From: an uncultured Deinococcales bacterium
GTDB taxonomy: Bacteria > Deinococcota > Deinococci > Deinococcales > JAAFIG01
Assembly (NCBI GenBank): GCA_964247135.1
Contig: CAXTTL010000183.1
Location: 1-10,000 of the forward strand
Reading direction: 5' to 3'
DNA length: 10,000 nt
Positions within the stretch are counted from its first letter, which is position 1. Every line of letters starts with the position of its first letter. Shown in pieces: positions 1 to 6,303 of this stretch. The translations under genes and the position numbers were made by a program. Below the pieces are notes generated by a model. That model was not told where the DNA came from. It saw only the letters and a list, made by a program, of their open reading frames with translations, and made no database searches.

Positions 1-517
1 CAGCCTTTAAGAATTGGTCACGCACCTCGGGTCCCACGGCGTAATGCTTCAAACAAATGCCAGGTCCAATCGCGGCACGGACCTGCTCGAGGTTTGCACC
101 AAGCTCGAGCATCTGTCGCAGGGTGTGATCGAGAATTTTGCCGACCGTCCCGCGCCAACCGCAGTGTGCCGCGCCGATCACACCGTTGACGCGGTCCTCG
201 AGCAATACCGGGTAACAATCGGCGGTTTCGATCACCAAGGCAATACTGGTTTTGGCGCTCACCAGCGCATCACCCTCGAGCACCACGCCTGGAATTGCCT
301 GAACCACCTGACTCGAGTGAATTTGGCTCAGCCTTGCCAGCGATTCTGGCTTCAACCCAAGCCTACTTAAGGCTTGCCCACGATTCTCGAGCACGCGGTC
401 TGGGTCATCACCGACCCGTTCGGAGAGGTTTAAACCGGCAAAATCTCCGGCGCTCGAGCCTCCAGCGCGGGTCGAAAAACCATGATTGCTCTGTAAATTC
501 GGGGCGTGTAACCACAT
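1..517 (-). CDS. pgeF: PgeF/YfiH (LACC1-like) purine nucleoside phosphorylase / peptidoglycan editing factor; 3' end lies beyond the left edge of the window
   Basis: Hand translation from ATG (cat at 515-517): MWLHAPNLQSNHGFSTRAGGSSAGDFAGLNLSERVGDDPDRVLENR...SQIHSS...EGDALVS...VIETADCYPVLL...GAAHCGWRGTVG...AAIGPGICLKHYAVGPEVRDQF. It has the family motifs HGFSTR, QxH, ADC, AHxGWRG and IGPxI..YxVG. The ORF track probably missed it because no stop codon lies in the window. Confidence 0.93.
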   Translation of the reverse strand, partial: MWLHAPNLQSNHGFSTRAGGSSAGDFAGLNLSERVGDDPDRVLENRGQALSRLGLKPESLARLSQIHSSQVVQAIPGVVLEGDALVSAKTSIALVIETADCYPVLLEDRVNGVIGAAHCGWRGTVGKILDHTLRQMLELGANLEQVRAAIGPGICLKHYAVGPEVRDQFLKA

Positions 518-524
518 CGCGCCC

Positions 525-530
525 AGTTTA
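525..530 (-). promoter_or_regulatory. -10 element (TAAACT) 7 nt upstream of the pgeF ATG; probable leaderless promoter
   Basis: Minus strand reads ggggTAAACTgggcgcgATG, with no Shine-Dalgarno. Confidence 0.65.
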
Positions 531-716
531 CCCCAGGACCTGAGGATTTCTGAGTTTGAGGCATCAAGTGACACCCAAAATGGTCTAGAAGAGAATTACC
601 TCGTTCTCGAGGGGCTTTTTTTGAGTTAAAAACCTTGGGTTGCTTGGCGTAAAGGCACTTGGTGAGGGTGATTTGATCAGATAAGCCAAAAAACCACACC
701 AGGCAATGGGATTCTT

Positions 717-725
717 TGCTACACT
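717..725 (+). promoter_or_regulatory. Candidate extended -10 promoter (TGcTACACT) for the 865-2706 gene
   Basis: TG-n-TAnnnT match in the divergent intergenic region; no clear -35. Confidence 0.45.
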
Positions 726-864
726 GGATTCTTAATGAAACGTTACTTGCAAGACAATCATCAATTTGCGTTCTTTATGGGCTTTGTGGCTGTTCAAAAG
801 GGGAGGCTAGATCAAATCCGTTTGGGTTTGAAATCCAGCTCGAGTCTGATTTCGGGGGAGCATC

Positions 865-2706
865 ATGGATGAAAACATTACACCGTTAGCCAAGAAGCTG
901 GCGGAAGAAAACTCGATAGATTGGCGTTTTATCAGGGGCACGGGTCCGGCTGGCAAGGTCATCGAACGTGACATCTTGAGTTACTTGGCAAGAATCATGT
1001 CCGGCGAATTGGATTTGCCCGCCATGCCCGACGCTTCAGAGCCGGCGGGTCCTGCGGCAGGTTCCGCCAACATGCCCGACATGGGGCAAGTCGCCAACTT
1101 TGATTTGATGAGCGCCAGCATGGCTAAAGAGGGCGTCGACTTAAATTCGATGCTGGGTGATTTCGCTGCACCCGCCCCAGCTTTGGTACAGACACCGCCA
1201 GTCCCCGAGTACGATTTTTCGATGCCAGTCACCCCGGTCTCGAGCGTCAACGATGATGTCGTGATCTCGAGCCAGGTTGCCGCCGTCTCGATGCCTGAAG
1301 TTGCTGCGCCAAGTCCCAAAGCCCTCGAACCAGACGATACCGTGTTCGAGTTTGACCTTGACGACATTGACGACATTGAACCAGTCTCAACCTTGCACAA
1401 CCCAGACTTGTTCCCCGCCGAAATCGCGGCACCTGTCAACGCCGCGCCAAGCTCGAGCCTGGACGAGGATCACATCATGACCGTCACCGACGACCATGAC
1501 ATGGTTGTACCGTCCGATGAGGTCACCCTCAGCCCAGGGGACGATATTTTGGTGCACGTCAGTGGCGAATTTGAACCTGTGCCCGATCCACTCGAGAATG
1601 TCGCATTCGAGTTGGATGCGCAAAGCCATCATGAACCCGCCCAAACATTGATTGTTGAAGATGCGATTCTTGCGCCCGAACCAGAATTGGTGGTCGACGA
1701 TGTTGCCACCCCCGTCGCGCATCAAGAACCCGCCGGTGTGTCGCTCGAGGGTCTAGCCGCAGTTGGTGCCGGTGTGCTGGGCGTTGGTGCGGCATTGGGA
1801 CATGTTGGACATACGCCAGTTGTCAACGATCTCGAGCTTGATTCCCCAGTGGTGGTCGCGCCAGCCGTCACCCATCTCCAACCCGAACCGCTGGTTGCCC
1901 CAGTCATGAGCGAGCCTGAGATTGCCACAGTCATGACCGAGCCAATGATCGCACATTTTGATCCCGAACCGATTCATGTCCAAGCCGAACCGGTGGTTGC
2001 CCCCGAACCTGAACCGATTCATCCTGAACCTGAAATTGTGGTTGCACCCGAACCAGTTCACGTCCCCGACCCTGTTGTGGTCGCACTCGAGCCTGAAGCC
2101 GTTCATGTCCCAGCACAACCAGAACCAATGCCCGTTGTCATCCCAGCCGCAATTGAACCCCCAATGCATCTGGACGCCTCGAGCCAAAACGTGGCTGTAG
2201 TTGCCCCCAGCTCGAGCGTGCACAAAGATTTTTTCAACACCAACATTTTGCGCCGTCAGTTCAATGCCAGCGCCCTGATGGACATTCGGACGCAAATTTC
2301 CAAAGCGCTGAACGGACGCGAAGTTCAACTTGGGGTCTTTGTCGGACGCGCCGCGCAACGCGGACTGTACCTGCTCGGCACCACCGATGCGGTCACGCTC
2401 AACAAACTCGAGGCGGGACTGGTGCCGCTCAGTACAGCAGGTTTGCATCACAGCTTTATCGAGGCGGTCCAAAGTGTCAACCATGCCGATGCGGGAACGG
2501 CAAACGGTTTGGCGGTGCTCGACGCATCCAGCTTGGGCGTGGACGATCTGGTCTTGCCCGCCAGCGGTGCGCTGCTCGCCTTGGGACAGATCAGCAACAA
2601 CGTGGGAACACTGACCCTATCGGGTGATTTCCCAGCCAAAGCTGGCGCGGAATTCCTGGCACAGGTTGCAGGGGCGCTCGAGACGCCGGTCGGACTGGTG
2701 CTCTAA
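865..2706 (+). CDS. E3-binding (PSBD) domain protein with long acidic Pro-rich linker and degenerate 2-oxoacid dehydrogenase E2-like C-terminal domain (613 aa)
   Basis: N-terminus ITPLAKKLAEENSIDWRFIRGTGPAGKVIERDI matches the peripheral subunit-binding domain pattern. C-terminus LTLSGDFPAKAGAEFLAQVAGALETPVGLVL mirrors the E2 ending (LSLSxDHRxxDGxxxxxFL...LExP..L) but lacks DHR. SD-like GGGGAG precedes the ATG and a terminator follows. Confidence 0.85.
   Translation: MDENITPLAKKLAEENSIDWRFIRGTGPAGKVIERDILSYLARIMSGELDLPAMPDASEPAGPAAGSANMPDMGQVANFDLMSASMAKEGVDLNSMLGDFAAPAPALVQTPPVPEYDFSMPVTPVSSVNDDVVISSQVAAVSMPEVAAPSPKALEPDDTVFEFDLDDIDDIEPVSTLHNPDLFPAEIAAPVNAAPSSSLDEDHIMTVTDDHDMVVPSDEVTLSPGDDILVHVSGEFEPVPDPLENVAFELDAQSHHEPAQTLIVEDAILAPEPELVVDDVATPVAHQEPAGVSLEGLAAVGAGVLGVGAALGHVGHTPVVNDLELDSPVVVAPAVTHLQPEPLVAPVMSEPEIATVMTEPMIAHFDPEPIHVQAEPVVAPEPEPIHPEPEIVVAPEPVHVPDPVVVALEPEAVHVPAQPEPMPVVIPAAIEPPMHLDASSQNVAVVAPSSSVHKDFFNTNILRRQFNASALMDIRTQISKALNGREVQLGVFVGRAAQRGLYLLGTTDAVTLNKLEAGLVPLSTAGLHHSFIEAVQSVNHADAGTANGLAVLDASSLGVDDLVLPASGALLALGQISNNVGTLTLSGDFPAKAGAEFLAQVAGALETPVGLVL
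1880..2165 (+). repeat. Degenerate coding repeats (EPEPIH / PVVAPEP / PEPVHVP units) in the linker
   Basis: Protein: DPEPIHVQAEPVVAPEPEPIHPEPEIVVAPEPVHVPDPVVVALEPEAVHVPAQPEP. DNA gaaccgattcat occurs at 1966 and 2011; gtggttgcmcccgaacc occurs twice. Confidence 0.7.
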
Positions 2707-2724
2707 AAACGTTTAACCGTGGTC

Positions 2725-2759
2725 ACGGATGGGTTTCGAGTGAAACCCATCCGTTTTTT
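2725..2759 (+). terminator. Intrinsic (Rho-independent) terminator
   Basis: Perfect 13-bp stem ACGGATGGGTTTC-gagt-GAAACCCATCCGT followed by TTTTT, 18 nt after the stop at 2706. Confidence 0.9.
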
Positions 2760-2920
2760 AAGCCAATTTGCAGCTTGGGCTTTTCATTCGCATTGACTCT
2801 CGTGCTAACCTGTCAAGACTGTGCCGATTGGCACTTGAGCGACCAATACTCTTGCTGTATGTAATAGAACGTATTTTCACGCGCCATGCATGGTCGATTC
2901 AACGAAGGAGGCTTTCACCC

Positions 2921-4135
2921 TTGATTACCGCCAAACCCCAAGATGCCTTTGAAAAGGCACGAAAATTCAACCGAGCCGAGGAGGCTCATGCGGCAGGGTT
3001 GTACCCCTACTTTAAAGCCATTCAACACCATCACGGTGGCAGCGTGATGGTGGACGGCGAAGAATATGTCCTGACTGGCAGCAACGATTACTTGGGTTTA
3101 ACCCAGGACGAACGCATCAAACAGGCGGCTCGAGACGCGGTTGAGACTTACGGCACCAGTTGCACAGGCTCGAGGTTTTTAACCGGCACGCTCGACATTC
3201 ACGAAACCCTGGAGGCTGAACTTGCCGAGTTTTTTGGTAAAGAACAGGTGCTGGTTTTCGCCGCCGGTTTTCTGGCTTGCGCCTCGAGCGTCGCGGCGTT
3301 AACGGGTCGCCACGATTTGATTTACTTTGACCGCGAAAACCATGCCAGCCTTTACGACGGTTTTAAACTGGCGAACGTGCGCAACGAACAACTGCGCCGT
3401 TTTGATCACAACGACGCCAACGATTTTGAACGCCTCTTAAAAGAGGACGAGGGCAAACCAGGCGGGCGAATCGTCTACACCGAGGGCGTGTTCTCGATGA
3501 GCGGGCATATCGGCGTGGTGGACAAGATTGTTGAGGTCGCCAAGCGTTACGGTTGCCGCGTGGTTTGCGACGATGCCCACGCGACTGGGGTTCTTGGACC
3601 GCTCGGGCAGGGTGCCCATTACCATTTCAACATTCAAAATGATGTCGACCTGGTGGTTGGAACCTTCTCGAAGTCTTTTGCCAGCGTGGGCGGTTTTGTC
3701 GCCGGCGAAAAAGAGGTGGTCGAATGGATCAAACACACCGCGCGACCGTTTATTTTTAACGCTGCACTGCCAGGACCCAATGCCGCCGCGACGCTCGAGG
3801 CGTTGCGCATCATGCGCAGCGAACCGGAGCACCGCGAACGCATGTGGAAAAACGTCAACTTTATGCGCGATAACCTTTTGACCCTCGGTTTTGATTTGCT
3901 CGGCTCGGACAGCCCGATCATTCCGGTGCTGGCAGGCGACGATGACACCGCCATTTTATTCTGGAAGGGCTTGTGGGCTGAAAAAATCTTCACCACCCCA
4001 AGTCTGCCGCCAGCCGTTCCCAAAGGGCAGAGCATCATTCGCACCAGTTACAACGGGGCGCACACCCAACCGCAACTCGAGAAAACCTTGCAGGCTTTTG
4101 AAAAAGTTGGACGCGAACTCGGTGTGATTTCTTAA
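2921..4135 (+). CDS. PLP-dependent alpha-oxoamine synthase (BioF/KBL/SPT family), most similar in motifs to bacterial serine palmitoyltransferase (404 aa)
   Basis: Motifs GLYPYF, GSNDYLGL, YGTSCTGSRFLTGT, NHAS, EGVFSM, DDAH, GTFSKS (PLP lysine at 3671-3673) and PPAVP..IIRTS. Start moved from 2768 to TTG at 2921, 9 nt after AGGAGG (2906-2911). Confidence 0.88.
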   Translation: MITAKPQDAFEKARKFNRAEEAHAAGLYPYFKAIQHHHGGSVMVDGEEYVLTGSNDYLGLTQDERIKQAARDAVETYGTSCTGSRFLTGTLDIHETLEAELAEFFGKEQVLVFAAGFLACASSVAALTGRHDLIYFDRENHASLYDGFKLANVRNEQLRRFDHNDANDFERLLKEDEGKPGGRIVYTEGVFSMSGHIGVVDKIVEVAKRYGCRVVCDDAHATGVLGPLGQGAHYHFNIQNDVDLVVGTFSKSFASVGGFVAGEKEVVEWIKHTARPFIFNAALPGPNAAATLEALRIMRSEPEHRERMWKNVNFMRDNLLTLGFDLLGSDSPIIPVLAGDDDTAILFWKGLWAEKIFTTPSLPPAVPKGQSIIRTSYNGAHTQPQLEKTLQAFEKVGRELGVIS

Positions 4136-4152
4136 AAACAGATTTTAAGTTG

Positions 4153-4187
4153 AAGCTCGAGAAACGCTACTGTTTCTCGAGCTTTTT
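4153..4187 (+). terminator. Intrinsic terminator between convergent genes (possibly bidirectional), with CTCGAG in both arms
   Basis: 13-bp perfect stem AAGCTCGAGAAAC-gctact-GTTTCTCGAGCTT with a T run at 4183-4187, lying between stops at 4135 (+) and 4200 (-). Confidence 0.85.
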
Positions 4188-4199
4188 GATGCCCTTGCA

Positions 4200-4652
4200 C
4201 TACGGTTTTTGAATCGGAACCCAAATCTCAAAATTTGGATTTTCGTCGCCAAAATCCTGCCCGTAGCGTTCCAAATCTGGTGCGTCCCCTCGAGTGAAAC
4301 CAGAACCAGGCAACCAATTGGCGTAGGCGTGGTTGAAGACTTGCGAAACGTTTTCCAAATTGGCTGGGAACACCGCGTAATCGCAGGCTGGGATTTTCCA
4401 AAGCTGCATCGAAGGCGGTATCTCAAAATCGTTACCGACTGCTTCACCCGCCATGTAATGCAACACGCCACTCGAGCGCTCAAGCTGCATCACGCCGTAA
4501 CTCACGCCTGGTTCGGCTCGGGGTAAATCAGGTTTGGATTGCCCCATAAAACGTTGCCAAAGTGCGCCAACCTCTGGTGATCCTGGCGTGGTGTCGATAG
4601 CCGTGCCAACAACGGCAAAAGCCTTGTTCGAGACAATTTTTGGTGATTCCAT
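4200..4652 (-). CDS. Stand-alone GyrI-like small-molecule-binding domain protein (AraC effector-binding/Cass2-like), 150 aa
   Basis: Pattern P.IV....F.VVG ... LWQRF ... YG ... YMAG..V ... IPA.DYAVF ... WLP.SGF ... DLERY ... EIWVPI; SD AAAGGAG 7 nt before the ATG. Confidence 0.88.
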   Translation of the reverse strand: MESPKIVSNKAFAVVGTAIDTTPGSPEVGALWQRFMGQSKPDLPRAEPGVSYGVMQLERSSGVLHYMAGEAVGNDFEIPPSMQLWKIPACDYAVFPANLENVSQVFNHAYANWLPGSGFTRGDAPDLERYGQDFGDENPNFEIWVPIQKP

Positions 4653-4673
4653 CGGGTTGCTCCTTTGGCTCAG

Positions 4674-4679
4674 ATTCTA
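4674..4679 (-). promoter_or_regulatory. Candidate -10 (TAGAAT) for the GyrI-like gene, directly abutting a CTCGAG
   Basis: Minus strand: ggtttctcgagTAGAATctgagccaaaggagcaacccgATG. Confidence 0.5.
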
Positions 4680-4712
4680 CTCGAGAAACCAAAAACAATT
4701 CACTCAAAAATT

Positions 4713-4738
4713 GAAAAACACCTGATATTTCAGGGCGC
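4713..4738 (-). terminator. Possible weak terminator after the lipoprotein gene
   Basis: Minus strand gcgcCCTGA-aata-TCAGGtgtttttc; short stem extendable with G-U pairs, about 50 nt after the stop at 4790. Confidence 0.35.
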
Positions 4739-4789
4739 ATGACCATGCGCCGCCACGTTTTCGGATTGAATTCCTGGTCAGTCGAGTCT

Positions 4790-5251
4790 TTACCTGTTGC
4801 CAGAAATCCGCTCGAAAATCGTGCTGATGTAATTAAACGTTTCAGTCTCGAGCTTATCGAGTTTGGCTGGAATCTCGAGGTTGGAGGTCGTTACGGCGGA
4901 GAGCGAGAAATAATAATCCCCACGATCCCGTATCGTCCAAACGCTGTGCACCGTGCCAGCGCTGTTGTTTGCCTTGGCGGCGAACACCAAACGGGCGTAA
5001 GAATAGGTGATCAGCGATTCGTTCGCCTGGTATTTCAGGCGCTCGAAGCCCGTCACATTGCTCGAGTTGAGGGCGTCAATCAAAATCACGGCAATCTCTT
5101 GGGTGAACGAACTTGAGCGGTTCTCAAACGACGGTTTGTTGAGCGAGCGGTACAAGACCTCGCCAGGGTTTGGTGTGACCAAATTTGAACTTGGGGCGCA
5201 AGAAAAAAAGATCAAACTGAGCGCTGTCATCAGGATCAAAAACCGTTTCAT
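4790..5251 (-). CDS. Hypothetical lipoprotein, 153 aa
   Basis: MKRFLILMTALSLIFFSC-APSS: basic n-region, hydrophobic h-region and Cys18 in a lipobox-like FFSC. It fills the gap between flanking genes, and TAAACT lies 6 nt upstream of the ATG. Confidence 0.75.
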   Translation of the reverse strand: MKRFLILMTALSLIFFSCAPSSNLVTPNPGEVLYRSLNKPSFENRSSSFTQEIAVILIDALNSSNVTGFERLKYQANESLITYSYARLVFAAKANNSAGTVHSVWTIRDRGDYYFSLSAVTTSNLEIPAKLDKLETETFNYISTIFERISGNR

Positions 5252-5257
5252 GAAAAA

Positions 5258-5309
5258 AGTTTAACGCGATTTGATGAAAACATTCTCGAGACAGACAATC
5301 AGATAAGCT
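5258..5309. promoter_or_regulatory. Back-to-back leaderless promoters: TAAACT (5258-5263, minus) and TAAGCT (5304-5309, plus)
   Basis: Each hexamer is exactly 6 nt from its ATG (5251 minus; 5316 plus); neither gene has an obvious Shine-Dalgarno. Confidence 0.65.
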
Positions 5310-5315
5310 GGGATC

Positions 5316-6188
5316 ATGATTTTGGTAACTGGAGCCACGGGAAATGTTGGTTACGATGTACTGCGCGGTTTGCTTGAATTTCAAGTACCCGTTCGCGCGG
5401 CAGTCACCGACCTAACCCGTGCTCGCGCCACACTGCCCGAAGGCTCAAATGTGGAGCGTTTTGATTTTAATGACCCAAGCACGTTTGCGGCTGCCCTTGA
5501 TGGGATCACCCGTGTTTTTTTGATGCGCCCTCCGATCATGGATGATCCAAAAGCCTTCAAACCTTTTTTAAAAGCGCTGGCATCCAAAGGGCTTGAACAA
5601 TTGGTTTTCCTATCCTTGCTTGGGGCACAAAACAACCCAGTTGTGCCGCACCGCAAGCTCGAGCTTGTCATTGAAAAGCTCAACATTCCGCACGTGTTTT
5701 TACGTCCTAGTTTCTTCTTGCAAAATTTTTCGACAACCCATCGCTCGGACATCTGCGAACGCAACGATTTGTTTATCCCAGCCGGTACTGGTCGCACAAG
5801 TTTTATTGATGCCAGGGATATTGCCGCCGTTGCTGTGCGTGCCTTGACTGTGCCGCACATTGTCAATGGTGGGCTTGACCTGACTGGGGGTCAAGCCCTG
5901 ACATACTCGGAGGTGGCAACGGTTTTTAGCCAGGTGCTTGGGCGAACCATCACGTACTCGGACCCCCTGCCATTAAAGTTTGGACTCGAGATGCAAAAGC
6001 GCGGTATGAAACCTGCGTTTGTCAACATCATGATCTTGATTTACAACACAAACCGTTTTGGACTGGCGGCTCAGGTCACAAACGACGTAAGGCGCATTCT
6101 TGGGCGTGATCCGCTGAGGGTTCAGGATTTTGTGCGCGATTTCAAAGACCTGTTTTCCAAGACGCCAGGCTCAGGCGAGACAACCTAA
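5316..6188 (+). CDS. NmrA-family / atypical SDR NAD(P)-binding oxidoreductase, 290 aa
   Basis: MILVTGATGNVG Rossmann motif, LVFLS, H...E, LRPSFFLQN, SFIDARDIAAVA, LTG..ALTY.EVA...S.VLGR.I.Y. Confidence 0.9.
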   Translation: MILVTGATGNVGYDVLRGLLEFQVPVRAAVTDLTRARATLPEGSNVERFDFNDPSTFAAALDGITRVFLMRPPIMDDPKAFKPFLKALASKGLEQLVFLSLLGAQNNPVVPHRKLELVIEKLNIPHVFLRPSFFLQNFSTTHRSDICERNDLFIPAGTGRTSFIDARDIAAVAVRALTVPHIVNGGLDLTGGQALTYSEVATVFSQVLGRTITYSDPLPLKFGLEMQKRGMKPAFVNIMILIYNTNRFGLAAQVTNDVRRILGRDPLRVQDFVRDFKDLFSKTPGSGETT

Positions 6189-6303
6189 TCAAAACCTTCT
6201 CGAGACGCGATACTTCACGTTTGATACCAGCAGTTTCGCGGTTCAAGGTTTCCTGATACCTGCCGATTGAGTGGCGCTCAGCCCAAATTTAGATCGCCAG
6301 AAG

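Noticed and set aside
14-370. 118-aa plus-strand ORF (also 18-218, 295-543 and 430-699)
   Set aside because: Antisense or out-of-frame overlaps of the pgeF frame, which carries all the family motifs.
591-622. Short hairpin CCTCG-ttct-CGAGG plus T7, with competing GAGAA/TTCTC pairing; possible sRNA terminator or riboswitch
   Set aside because: Only a 5-bp stem separated from the T run, no plus-strand gene or promoter upstream, and no recognisable aptamer.
676-686. ATCAGATAAGC shared with 5298-5308
   Set aside because: Several chance 11-mer matches are expected in 10 kb; no further support.
1880-2165. Repeats as CRISPR array or mobile element
   Set aside because: In-frame, degenerate at third positions, no constant repeat-spacer period; simply a peptide repeat.
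1753-2484. 243-aa minus-strand ORF and other ORFs nested in 865-2706
   Set aside because: Shadows of the low-complexity linker; no independent evidence of coding.
2768-2920. 51-aa N-terminal extension of the SPT-like ORF (likewise 6267-6347 for coxG and 7413-7529 for coxL)
   Set aside because: Family similarity starts at downstream starts that each have a strong SD; the extensions look non-coding.
5316-6188. Recent horizontal acquisition of the NmrA gene (only two CTCGAG, more AT-rich codons)
   Set aside because: Similarly sparse stretches occur in coxL (one site in 7510-8650) and the SPT-like gene; no mobility signatures.
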